A stretch of DNA of 60,513 nt from an uncultured Acidimicrobiaceae bacterium (GTDB lineage Bacteria; Actinomycetota; Acidimicrobiia; Spongiisociales; ZC4RG35): contig CAZCRP010000001.1 of NCBI GenBank assembly GCA_964501055.1, positions 1-60,513 of the forward strand. The letters run 5' to 3'. The notes below the pieces were generated by a model that saw only the letters and a list, made by a program, of their open reading frames with translations, did not search any database and was not told the origin of the DNA. This document shows positions 37,071 to 46,667 of this stretch, piece after piece. Each line of letters starts with the position of its first letter. Within the stretch, counting starts at the first letter, position 1. Made by a program: the position numbers and the translations under genes.

Positions 37071-38369
37071 GTGTCTTCCAGCCCTTCGACATTGAAATTC
37101 ACCCTATCCGAGCAGCGAATCGCAGAGGCGCAGAAGCTGATGCCGGGCGGCGTCGGCAGCGATTTCCGCTTGGGTATCTCGCCGACGCCTCTCGTCATCG
37201 AGCGGGGAGACGGTGCGGAACTGTGGGATCTGGACGGCAACAGACTCATCGACTACTACCTCGGTATGGGTCCGATGATCCTGGGTCATCGGCCCAAAGC
37301 TGTGATCGACGCCGTGACCGAGCAGTTGAAGGATGGCTTCTTGTTCGCAGCTCAGTCCGAAATCGAGTACCGGGCCGCCGAACTCGTCACTGCAATGGTT
37401 CCCTGCGCGGACATGGTCAGATTCGGCTCTGCCGGAACCGAGGCGGTCCAGGCAGCCCTCCGACTGGCGCGAGCAGCCACCGGCCGCCAGACGATCGTCG
37501 CGTTCGAAGGCCATTATCACGGCTGGCTCGACAACGTGCTCTGGAACAAAGGCGACGACGGCAAGCCGGCCCCGAAGAGCAAGGGCCAGGACCCTGATGC
37601 CGGACTCCACTGGGAGCTTCGCACCTGGAACAGAGCCGACGACCTCGTCGAACGCTTGGAAAAGGGTGACGTGGCGGGCGTCATCATGGAACCCTCTATG
37701 TGCAACTCCAGCGCGATTCGCCCCGCACCAGGGTACCTGGAGGCAGTGCGCGACGCCTGTGACCGGACCGGCACGGTCCTCATCTTCGATGAGGTCATCA
37801 CCGGGTTCCGCATCGGGCCGGGGGGCGCGCAGGGACGTCTTGGCGTGACCCCCGATCTCGCAGTGTTCGGCAAGGCAATCGCCAACGGTTTTCCTGTCTC
37901 GGCGCTTGCAGGTAGGCGTGAGCTCATGGAGCAGATCGGAGGGGCCGGTGGTGTGATCCATGCCGGCACCTACAACGGTCAGGCGATTGGCATGGCGGCG
38001 ACCGTGGCGACCCTCACTGCACTTCAGGATGGTTCGGTGTACGACCTCATCGAAGAGCGCGGCACATGGCTGATGGAAGAACTCGGCACGCTGTTCGAGC
38101 ACCATGAGGTGCCAGCCGTGATCCAGGGTTGGCCGCAGATCTTCCACGTCGCGTTCGGGACAACAGAGCCGATCACCGAGTTCGGCCATCTCAAGCGGGC
38201 TGATCCTGCGAGGTACGTGCAGTTCACCTCGGGCCTGATGCGGCGCGGTGTTCGCCTGCTCGAGCGCGGGGCCTGGTTCCTCTCCAGCGAGCACGACGAC
38301 GACATCCTCGCCGAGACGCTCGAGGCCGTCGACGGGGTGCTCGCCGACATGGCTGCCGGATCCGACTGA
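37071..38369 (+). CDS. Class-III aminotransferase (glutamate-1-semialdehyde aminomutase-like)
   Basis: GTG start after AGGAG. Contains MPGGV, GSAGTEAVQAALRLARAATGR, FDEVITGFR and the PLP lysine in VFGKAIANG. Confidence 0.85.
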   Translation: MSSSPSTLKFTLSEQRIAEAQKLMPGGVGSDFRLGISPTPLVIERGDGAELWDLDGNRLIDYYLGMGPMILGHRPKAVIDAVTEQLKDGFLFAAQSEIEYRAAELVTAMVPCADMVRFGSAGTEAVQAALRLARAATGRQTIVAFEGHYHGWLDNVLWNKGDDGKPAPKSKGQDPDAGLHWELRTWNRADDLVERLEKGDVAGVIMEPSMCNSSAIRPAPGYLEAVRDACDRTGTVLIFDEVITGFRIGPGGAQGRLGVTPDLAVFGKAIANGFPVSALAGRRELMEQIGGAGGVIHAGTYNGQAIGMAATVATLTALQDGSVYDLIEERGTWLMEELGTLFEHHEVPAVIQGWPQIFHVAFGTTEPITEFGHLKRADPARYVQFTSGLMRRGVRLLERGAWFLSSEHDDDILAETLEAVDGVLADMAAGSD

Positions 38370-38375
38370 TCCCTC

Positions 38376-39062
38376 GTGATGGATGCCTATCAGGCCGACC
38401 TGCTCGACGACTGCAGGTGCCGGCTCGGCGAGACCCCGTTCTGGGACCCTTCGGTGGGGGCGATCGGGTGGGTGGACGTCGACCAATCAAAGCTCCTTCG
38501 ATTGATGCCGTCGATCGGCGGCGTCACGACCGTTGACCTCCCGACGGAGACCTCTTTCGTCGCCGCAGCCGAAGGCGGGGGCATCGTGGGAGCCTCGGCT
38601 CTGTGTGTGTTCGCCCGGCACGGCGATCAGTCGACGACGATGATCGCCCCTCCGTGGTTCGATTCTGCCCTCGCTCGGCCCAACGACAGAGCCGTGGACT
38701 TCGCAGGCATCGTACGACCCGGAGACCGCCGACCTTGATGACAACCACCCCCCGTCGAGCGCGAGCGAGCGCGCGGACTGATCGACGGAATCTGTGGACC
38801 TCGACGGGGCCGTCTTGGCAGCGTTGTGGGGTGGATACGAAGTACTGCGCATCGATGCCACCGGGCGCGAGATCGGAACGTGCGTGTCAGCCCAGAAAAA
38901 GTCACGAGCTGTGCTTTCGGTCCGCCGGGGAGCACCGAGCTGTATATCACCAGCGGCAATCCCGAGGGCGACGACGAGCGGGGTGAGGGCGGGCTGTTTG
39001 CTGCCGACGTCGGTGTTCAGGGTGTGCCGGTTGTCCCCGCCGCGGTCGGTCCGGGGAACTGA
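38376..39062 (+). pseudogene. SMP-30/gluconolactonase/LRE-like remnant, frameshifted and shortened
   Basis: RLGETPFWDP...WVDV...RPNDRAVDFAG, then LDGAVLAALWGGYEVLRIDATGREIG and KVTSCAFGPPGSTELYITS...GGLFAADVGVQGVP, each in a different frame. Total span is only about 229 codons. Confidence 0.55.
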
Positions 39063-39114
39063 TTCGGTTCAGCCGCTCGTGGTCTCGAGCGCGTCGGTGA
39101 ACGCCGTCTCCGGT

Positions 39115-40008
39115 TCAAGGGGGATACAGCGGCGTGCGTCGGGCCGGGTAGGCGAATCGTTGGAAGTCGGCGGTGCTCGGTCCCGGTGTGTCGACCACGA
39201 TGAAGTCGTCGGTGATTGCCGAGAAGGCCGCCCGCGGCGCGATCACACCCTTGGCGACGATCACTCGGATGTCGCAATGTCGATTTCCATCGCCTCGTAC
39301 GGCTCCAGCGAGAACGGCATGAACGGCAAGCTCGTGATCATCACGCTGCCGAACCCCGGACACGCCACCACTGCCGTTGGGCCGACGTGCTGATGGGGGC
39401 GGCCACCGTGCGATGCACCCCGCTGTGAGAACTCCCGTTCGACAGGTGCGTCACCTTCCCGCTGAGGTCGATCGTGCCGCGGACTGATTCAGAAAGTCCG
39501 CTTCCCAGTGTGAGGGTGATGTCGGCGCCGATCCCGGCGGAATGCGCGGCGGCAGCGCCTCGACTGTCGGTGAGGACAACGAATACGCCCTCCTGGCCGT
39601 GAAGGGCGTGTGCAAGCACCGTCGAATCGCCGCGAGTTCCGCCGCCGACGTTCTCGCCGACGTCGAGTAGCACCGTTGGACCGTTTCCGCTCGAGAACCA
39701 TCGCGGCTGCCTGCTCGGCGGTCGGTGCGACTCCCTGCAACGACTCGCGTTCGTTCCATACGGCTTCACCGAGTAGGCGGGCGGCCCTGGCCGAATGTTC
39801 GTTGTCGCTGTCGGCGATTACGAGGACGGTCGGCACCGTCTTCTTCGGCTGCGGCGAGGAAACCCGCAGTCGGCGCCCTGTGTCACGGTGCTCGTCGACG
39901 ATCGCTGAACCCCGGGGCACGGGAGCAGAAGTGAGCGCTTCCTTTCCGACCCGCGAAGCTGTTCGTCTCGTGGGAGAAACCGCCGACGGCGACGCGCAGG
40001 TGCTTCAC
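39115..40008 (-). pseudogene. M81/MlrC-like remnant (fifth copy), middle deleted and frameshifted
   Basis: The N-terminus VKHLRVAVGGFSHETNSF joins within about 45 codons to VLVIADSDNEHSARAARLLGEAVWNERE. It then continues VLLDVGENVGGGTRGDST...GIGADITLTLG and IVAKGVIAPRAAF...VVDTPGPSTADF, again in different frames. Confidence 0.55.
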
Positions 40009-40185
40009 TCTCCGGCCGCCTCGTCCGACAGCGTCACGTTCGCCCTCCCCTTCGGACTGGGACCCTGCTCGAAGACGTTGGCGGTCGGCAGGCTGGAGTC
40101 GGGCACACCGTTCCCTTCATGAAACTAGTGTTTCGTCTGGTCAGATGGTAGCCGGCCCTGAATGCTGGTGAGGAAAGGACAGTGC

Positions 40186-41037
40186 ATGCGCCTGATGCGA
40201 GTTGGTACTCCCGGCAACGAGTCTCCCGCAGTCGAACACGAGGGCACGATCCTCGACGTGTCGGCCCACATCGAGGACTACGACAGCGCGTTCTGGGTGT
40301 TGGGCGGACCTGCGCGCCTCGCAGCAGTGGTCCAGGCCGGCGGCCTGCCCGCGATCGGTGACGATGTCCGGGTCGGTCCTCCGATCGCCAAGCCGTCCAA
40401 GGTGGTCTGCGTCGGCCTCAACTACCGGGCCCATGCCATCGAGTCCGGTGCCGACATCCCCGATGAGCCGATCATCTTCTTCAAGGCAGCGAACACTGTG
40501 ATCGGGCCCGACGACGATGTGCTCATCCCGCCGGGTTCGAAGAAGACCGATTGGGAGGTGGAGTTGGGGGTGGTCATAGGCCGCGAGGGCCGCTATCTCG
40601 CCGACGAGCGCCAGGCGGCGGAGTCGATCGCCGGCTATGTCATCTCCAATGACATCTCTGAGCGCGAGTATCAGCTCGAGCGAGGCGGCCAGTGGGTGAA
40701 GGGCAAGTCGTGTGAGACGTTTAACCCGCTGGGGCCCGTCCTCGTTACCGCCGATGAGGTAGCGGATCCGCAGGCGCTGGGGTTGCGATTGTCTGTGAAC
40801 GGAGAGGAGCGCCAGTCCTCGACCACCGCCGACATGATCTTCGGGGTGCACCACATCGTGTGGTACCTAAGCCAGTTCATGGTCCTCGAACCCGGGGATC
40901 TCATCAACACCGGGACGCCGTCCGGAGTCGGTCTCGGGCTGAAGCCCCCGACATACCTGCGGCCTGGCGACGTGATGGAATTGTCGATCGACGGTCTCGG
41001 CCGCCAGCGGCAGGTGACCCGGCAGGCCACCGCCTGA
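40186..41037 (+). CDS. Fumarylacetoacetate hydrolase (FAH) family protein
   Basis: MRLMRVG starts after AGGAAAGGA. Contains VGLNYRAH, DWEVELGVVIG, NDISERE and TGTPSGVG. Confidence 0.85.
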   Translation: MRLMRVGTPGNESPAVEHEGTILDVSAHIEDYDSAFWVLGGPARLAAVVQAGGLPAIGDDVRVGPPIAKPSKVVCVGLNYRAHAIESGADIPDEPIIFFKAANTVIGPDDDVLIPPGSKKTDWEVELGVVIGREGRYLADERQAAESIAGYVISNDISEREYQLERGGQWVKGKSCETFNPLGPVLVTADEVADPQALGLRLSVNGEERQSSTTADMIFGVHHIVWYLSQFMVLEPGDLINTGTPSGVGLGLKPPTYLRPGDVMELSIDGLGRQRQVTRQATA

Positions 41038-41330
41038 GCGGTCATGGGTACGGCAGCCGGACGCCGGCGGGGTGCGCGACCCGCTTGCACTGGTCGGTGA
41101 TGGTGAAGGACACGAGTCAGGTGTCCGCCGCCGGACCTCCGGTGGTACGGCGAGCGCTCGGCCAGGGGATCATCGATCCGCAGACTCCTGCCGATCCATC
41201 ACCGCAGCACAGGCTCGTGATGTCGACTTCGTTGGGGCCAAAGGCGAGGGTCGGCGTTGGTCCGTGACCGTGTTGATTATCCAAACTCCACTTCAACTAT
41301 CGTCGCATCCAAGCTGGTCGCGAGGAGATC

Positions 41331-42434
41331 ATGAACCCGCCTGACCACCTGTCGCTTTGGACGTTCGGAGATGCCCATGTGGGCACGGATCTCCGCCATG
41401 GCCGTCGCAGCCTCGCCGAGTCGATCGGGCATTCCGAGCGGGGCGGCGAGGAGGGGGGACCGGCATTCGACTGGGACCTAGCCATCGACCTGGGTGACAT
41501 GTCAGGTGGTCAGGAGCCGCCCGAGGACGACGAAGGACGAGAACTGGTCGACCAGTTCTCAGACGGCCTGCGTGAGCACTCCCGGGAGCAGGTGTACAGC
41601 CTCGGCGGCAATCACGACCGAAACGCCCCGCACCAACCTTCGGGCTGGTGGTGGGAACGCTGGGTCGACCCGCTCGGCGATCATCCCGATCTCTCCCAGG
41701 TGGATCGCGCCAATCGTCCCTATTCCATAGATGGCACATGGGAGCGGTACTCGTTCCAGGTGGGGAACATCCTCTTTCTGATGATGAGCGACATCAACGA
41801 GCCCACTCAGGAGATCGGGCGCGGTGAGCTCGGAGGGAACCCTGGTGGTGTTGTCTCAGGCGAGACGTTCCAATGGTGGGTGGACAAGGTCGAGTCAAAC
41901 CGGGACAAGATCATCTTTAGTGCGCATCACTACATGCTGAAGAACACCACCGTCGCCTCCGGGCCGTGGGAGGGTGTCAGGCAGGTGGACGGCAAGTGGG
42001 TCAGCCACTATCACGGCTACAAGGAGCGAGGGACGCCAGGCGGCGCCTCGTACCTGTACTGGGTCGACAGCGTGCCCGACGCCGAGGCATTCGAGACCTA
42101 TCTCGCCGCACATCCCGGTGCGATCGATCTTTGGCTCGGGGCCCACACACACACCCACCCTGACGACACGCACGGCGACAAGTCCCACATCGAACGCAAG
42201 TGGGGGGTTTGGTTCATGAACTCCGGAGCGTTGACCGCCCATCACGGTTCGACATGCATGCCCATGAGTCGGGTGTGGGACATCGTCGGCGATACCGCCC
42301 GGATCCGCTGTTACCTGCACACATCCGACCACGCGCCCCAGGGCTGGTACCTGCCTGCCGAGCGAACTCTGACACTCTCGAAGCCGTTTCGGCGGGGAGC
42401 GGCGGAGGGTGATGCAACCGAAAGGAACGACTGA
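41331..42434 (+). CDS. Metallophosphoesterase-family protein
   Basis: Contains GDAHVG, LGDMSGG, GGNHD, SAHHY and GAHTHTH. GAGGAG RBS upstream. Confidence 0.72.
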   Translation: MNPPDHLSLWTFGDAHVGTDLRHGRRSLAESIGHSERGGEEGGPAFDWDLAIDLGDMSGGQEPPEDDEGRELVDQFSDGLREHSREQVYSLGGNHDRNAPHQPSGWWWERWVDPLGDHPDLSQVDRANRPYSIDGTWERYSFQVGNILFLMMSDINEPTQEIGRGELGGNPGGVVSGETFQWWVDKVESNRDKIIFSAHHYMLKNTTVASGPWEGVRQVDGKWVSHYHGYKERGTPGGASYLYWVDSVPDAEAFETYLAAHPGAIDLWLGAHTHTHPDDTHGDKSHIERKWGVWFMNSGALTAHHGSTCMPMSRVWDIVGDTARIRCYLHTSDHAPQGWYLPAERTLTLSKPFRRGAAEGDATERND

Positions 42435-42823
42435 TGACACGAGTTCACGTGCTGGGCGCGGGCACGCCCACCCCCACACCCGAACGGTTCGGCAGCGCCT
42501 ATGTGATCGACACGGGCAACGACCTGGCGATGTTCGACTGTGGGCCTGCAGCCACACACGAGCTCGTGAAGAGTGGACTGTTTCCGACGGAGATCGACCA
42601 TCTCTTCTTCACTCATCATCACTTCGACCACGATGCCGACTACCCGTGCTTCCTGCTGTGTCGGTGGGATCAGAGCATGGGCAAGGAAGAGATGCTCACC
42701 GTGCGGGCCGGGAGCACTCCGGTGCTCTGTGCCGATTCACTTGCGACACCACGCCAACGGAATTGGCCTCGGGATCGACAGGGCGCCCAGAGCGGGCGTC
42801 AGTCCGCGACAGTCGGTGGGTAG
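42434..42823 (+). pseudogene. Truncated MBL-fold hydrolase (paralogue of 4996..5859)
   Basis: The first roughly 85 aa are collinear with the intact paralogue (GAGTPTPT, MFDCGPAAT, THHHFDH, LLCRWDQ). The sequence then turns unrelated, and the ORF ends inside the convergent IclR-3 gene. Confidence 0.55.
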
Positions 42824-43611
42824 GGCCCCTCGTAGCCGAGTACTCGGGAGGCCTTCTCAGCGGCCGCCATCACCTGCTTCGCGATCGCCTCGCCCTCTGT
42901 TACGAGGCGTCCGGCGGGAAACGACGTCCCATACGACCCCATCGGCTCGCCCGACCCGTCGACCACCACTGCGCCGATGCACGACACACCCTCGGTGAAC
43001 TCCTCGTCGTCGATCGCATACCCCCGGAGTCGGGTGGCCTCGAGTTCTGAGTCGAGGCGAGCGCGGTCGGTGATCGTGTTGGGGGTCCGTGCCTCGAACA
43101 CGACGGCTTCGAGCAATTCGTCGACCGTCTCGGGGCGGGCATGGGCGAGGAATGACTTCACAGAGGCCCGGATGTGTGGATGTTCCCCGTAACCGACTTT
43201 CAGGTTCCCGACGCGCAGCGCCTTGGTGCCTTCGAGGACGGCGGCAATCTCGATTCTGCGGCCCCGGCGGATGGACACGTACACGGTCTCTTCGACCGAG
43301 GTGAGAAGTTCGTGGAGGATATCGATGAGTTCAGGCGGCGGGGCGGTGGTCGCCTGGTAGTGGTCGGCCAGGAATCCGATGCGACTCCCCAGTCCGTACC
43401 TGCCTCCAGGTAGTCGATGGACATATCCGTTCGCCTGCAGTGTCCGGAGGAGTTGGTAACACGTACCGAGGTTGATCTCGAGTGCCGCAGCGAGTGCTTT
43501 GGCGGTTGCCCGACCCTGCTCGTTCGCCACTTCCTCGAGCACCTGGATTCCCCGACTGAGCGTCAGGAGCAGACCGGACGTCGAGGGGGTGTTCGCTGTC
43601 GAGGGGGGCAT
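42799..43611 (-). CDS. IclR-family transcriptional regulator (copy 3, close paralogue of copy 1)
   Basis: Contains LLLTLSRGIQVLEEV...LEINLGTCYQLLRTLQANGYV...GVSCIGAVVVD...LGYEGPYPP. Long collinear identity with 13701..14543. Confidence 0.85.
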   Translation of the reverse strand: MPPSTANTPSTSGLLLTLSRGIQVLEEVANEQGRATAKALAAALEINLGTCYQLLRTLQANGYVHRLPGGRYGLGSRIGFLADHYQATTAPPPELIDILHELLTSVEETVYVSIRRGRRIEIAAVLEGTKALRVGNLKVGYGEHPHIRASVKSFLAHARPETVDELLEAVVFEARTPNTITDRARLDSELEATRLRGYAIDDEEFTEGVSCIGAVVVDGSGEPMGSYGTSFPAGRLVTEGEAIAKQVMAAAEKASRVLGYEGPYPPTVAD

Positions 43612-43733
43612 TCGCGGGCATCTTTCGTCGTCTGATCGCGGGTAAAAAGGGTAGACGGCGAATCGGGTTCGCCAGGTCTTCCGGCGGGCGGGCGCATTGG
43701 CGCTCCTGCCTAGGATACCCGGATCCCTCCTCG

Positions 43734-43772
43734 TGAGTCATGGATATCTTGTCGAGTGACTCATATATATGA
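43734..43772. promoter_or_regulatory. Candidate operator/promoter between IclR-3 and the MFS gene
   Basis: TGAGTCA (43734-43740) and its reverse complement TGACTCA (43757-43763). The latter overlaps a perfect 12-bp AT-rich palindrome, TCATATATATGA (43761-43772). Confidence 0.3.
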
Positions 43773-43940
43773 CAGTTCGCTACACGCATACGAATGTGCC
43801 GGCAGGCTGCTCGCGCGCCCGTGCGGTGCCGCCGAGTCCAGCCCAGATCTCCGCGGGCTTCGACGGTGCTGCTCCTCCGGCAGCCTCGCCGCGTACCGCG
43901 TCGTTCCTCGCCAATCGCCCTGGATCGTCCTGATCACCCG

Positions 43941-45707
43941 ATGACGAGCACCTCCGGCGCCCGCGATCCAAACGACACAGCTTTTGCTCCCTTGCGAGTC
44001 AGCCAGTTCCGCTCGCTGTGGACATCCTCGGTGTTCTCGAACGTCGGTTCCTTCTTCCAGGTCACAGCCGGGTCCTGGCTCATGTGGGAGATGACGGCAT
44101 CCCCTGCCTGGGTGGGTTGGATGGCGGCCTCTCGCAACCTTCCCCTGCTGGTGCTCGCCTTGCCCGCCGGCGTGCTCGCCGACCGGGTCAGCCGGACCAC
44201 GGTCCTCATCACCAGTCACATCCTGATGGCGATTGTGGCAGTGGTGATGGCCACCGCCGCCGCGCTGGATCTCATGACTCCGGCGATTCTGCTCGCGTTT
44301 GGCATTGTGCTGGGAGCGGGAGGTGCGGTGAATGCACCTTCGTGGCAAGCGCTGGTTCCCGATCTGGTCCCGCGGGCGATGGTCACCTCGGCCGTTGCAC
44401 TGAACTCCGTGTCGTTCAACGCCGCCCGTGCCGTCGGGCCGGCCCTCGCCGGGGTCGTCGTCGCCACGCTCGGTGCCGGTGCGGCATTCGGGGTCAACGC
44501 CGCGTCGTATCTCGGCATGATCGTCAGCCTGATACTGGTCGGGAGCAAGGTGAGGGCCCAGTCCCTCGACCGGTCCTCAGTCGTGCGATCGATCGTTTCC
44601 GGCCTCCGGTTCGCCGGCCACACCCGCCAGTTCCGACGTCTGCTTGTACTCGGCGCGCTGTTCGCGCTCGGGTCGGCGGTGCTGCAGGCGATGCTCCCTG
44701 TCAGGACAGAAGAACTCGGTGAGAGCGTGGGCACCTATGGACTGCTTCTAGGGGTGATAGGGGTGGGAGCCGCGGTTGGCGGAGTGAGCGTCAGGAAGGT
44801 CACGCGACGGCTCGGACGCCACGCCATCAGCTCGACGATCATCCTGTACGGCATCACGGCGGTCCTCACCGGACTCGCTCCGACCACGATCCTCACGGTC
44901 CTCCCGCTGCTGCTCTCCGGTGCGTGCTGGGTCTGGACCATCGCCACACTGAATGCGACCGTGCAGCTCATGGCGCCGGACTGGGTGCGGGGCCGGGCCG
45001 TGAGCCTCTGGCTCCTGGCCTACGCCGGAGTCGTTCCGATCGGATCCATCCTCGCCGGAGTCATCGCCGAGAGCATTGGGGCGGGAACGACGCTCGTCAT
45101 TCTCTCGATGGCAACGATCGTGCTCGGGTTCGCTGCGAGATACGTCGGGATCCAGGATCCTGCGACGGTGAGCACACCTGCGTTCTCGGAGCGGAAGACC
45201 CACCATCATCCATCCGCGAGCGGGGGGCCGGTGATGGTTCACAACACCTGGCGGGTCGATCCGACACGCACCGCGGAGTTCATCGAGGCGATGCGACGCG
45301 TTCGCCTGGTGCGCCTGCGAACGGGTGGCTACCGCTGGCGGCTCTTCCAGGACGTCGGTTCCCGCGATGTCTTCAGCGAGGTCTTCTTCGTGCGGTCGTG
45401 GGACGAGCACCTGACCCAGCATCGCCGCATCGACGACGCCTCCGCAGAGATCATCCGTGCCGCACGGACATACGATGTGTCTGCCGAGGGCCCCATTGCC
45501 CATCACTCGCTCACGGTGGACGTCAACTCGGGGAACGAGCCGCTGGCAGTCGCCAGCGACGACGGAGACCACCGGGCGATGCACGACGCCGACGGGTCGA
45601 TCCCGCTGGCGAGGGTCCCCAAGGTGGTCGCCGTCGCCGATCAAGGACTACCCCGATCACTCCGTCCTCGCCGACCCGTCAAGACAAGATGGCGACTCGG
45701 GAAGTGA
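43941..45707 (+). CDS. MFS transporter (MFS_3/EntS-like) with a soluble C-terminal extension of about 170 aa
   Basis: An internal ATG gives MTSTSGARD...FRSLWTSSVFSNVGSFF. The protein has 12 or more hydrophobic segments and then a hydrophilic tail (VMVHNTWRVDPTRTAEFIEAMRRVR...). Confidence 0.8.
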   Translation: MTSTSGARDPNDTAFAPLRVSQFRSLWTSSVFSNVGSFFQVTAGSWLMWEMTASPAWVGWMAASRNLPLLVLALPAGVLADRVSRTTVLITSHILMAIVAVVMATAAALDLMTPAILLAFGIVLGAGGAVNAPSWQALVPDLVPRAMVTSAVALNSVSFNAARAVGPALAGVVVATLGAGAAFGVNAASYLGMIVSLILVGSKVRAQSLDRSSVVRSIVSGLRFAGHTRQFRRLLVLGALFALGSAVLQAMLPVRTEELGESVGTYGLLLGVIGVGAAVGGVSVRKVTRRLGRHAISSTIILYGITAVLTGLAPTTILTVLPLLLSGACWVWTIATLNATVQLMAPDWVRGRAVSLWLLAYAGVVPIGSILAGVIAESIGAGTTLVILSMATIVLGFAARYVGIQDPATVSTPAFSERKTHHHPSASGGPVMVHNTWRVDPTRTAEFIEAMRRVRLVRLRTGGYRWRLFQDVGSRDVFSEVFFVRSWDEHLTQHRRIDDASAEIIRAARTYDVSAEGPIAHHSLTVDVNSGNEPLAVASDDGDHRAMHDADGSIPLARVPKVVAVADQGLPRSLRPRRPVKTRWRLGK

Positions 45708-45829
45708 CCCCTGTCAGTCGTTCCAAGTCCCCCAACGAAGGCGGACGCGTACTCCTCGGCCCGGAAGATGTCCTCGACGAAGGTCACTCTGATGTGCGTG
45801 GATCGCCGACCACGAGTTCGATCGCCAGA

Positions 45830-46406
45830 TCGGCGTAGCAGGCGGCTGTCGCGGCGGTATCGACGCCCTTCGTTCCTCCCGTGCGGCTTGGCGACATGCG
45901 GCGAGAAGCCGTGCGGTGCGAACCAGTTCTCGTACTACTCGCAGTTGGTGACAGCCAGCATGACGTGGAGGTTGGCGGCGATCATGCTCGGATTGCCACC
46001 CAACCCGAACTCGCAGTTCCCGCCGTAGTCACGCATGATCGCACTCGCTTCGAGCAGACCCGCTATCCCCAGCCAACGGCTGCTCGCTCGTAGCGTCGTG
46101 AATCCTCGGCTAGTGAAGAACCGCATCTGGGGAGGAGTGAAAAAAACACGGACTCGCTGATTGCGATGGGGGGGGGGGGGGTGGTCAGTGCCGCGCCGCG
46201 ACTGAGGGTTTCCTCGGTTTCGCCGGCCCCCAGTGGATCCTCGAATCAGCTGAACGCAACTCATCGAGGACTACCCCGATCTCGAGTGCTTCGGACAGCG
46301 TGTAGCGATTCCCCGGATCGAGCATCGGGTCGGCGTCCGCATCGAGTCCGCGCACGGCTCTTGCGCCCGCTGCCACTCGGTGAGCTGTCGGCGTCAGCTG
46401 GCCCAC
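45830..46406 (-). pseudogene. Enolase-superfamily remnant (central and C-terminal parts only), with an in-frame stop
   Basis: Contains [37 protein letters not shown] and WLGIAGLLEASAIMRDYG...MIAANLHVMLAVTNCE(TAG)YENWF. It is interrupted by the poly-C(14) run on this strand and lacks its N-terminal domain. Confidence 0.4.
46168..46181. repeat. Homopolymeric G(14) tract, with an A(7) run 21 nt upstream
   Basis: Read directly from the sequence: gtgaaaaaaacacggactcgctgattgcgat followed by 14 G. Confidence 0.95.
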
Positions 46407-46667
46407 GCCTCAGCTCGGAACGCTGCGGGGGCTGCCGCGGCGTTCGTGACCGTGATCGCACTCGAGCTTCTGATGAAGGCGGGATTGGACGACTCGTTCG
46501 TGCTGGCCGGCGTAATCGCGGGAGTCGGCCTCGGGCTCGAGTTCAGCGGGCGTCGCAGGCTCGCCGGCTGGAGCGGCGCGCCCGTGTATCGCCGACGACT
46601 TCCGACGCAGTATGACCGAGTGGCGCCCTCGGCGACGCAGATTTGTGTCTTCGCTACTGTCCGACGG

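Noticed and set aside
38656-38665. tRNA T-loop-like GGTTCGATTC string.
   Set aside because: The flanking bases cannot form a T-stem or acceptor stem, and the string lies inside the SMP-30-like coding remnant.
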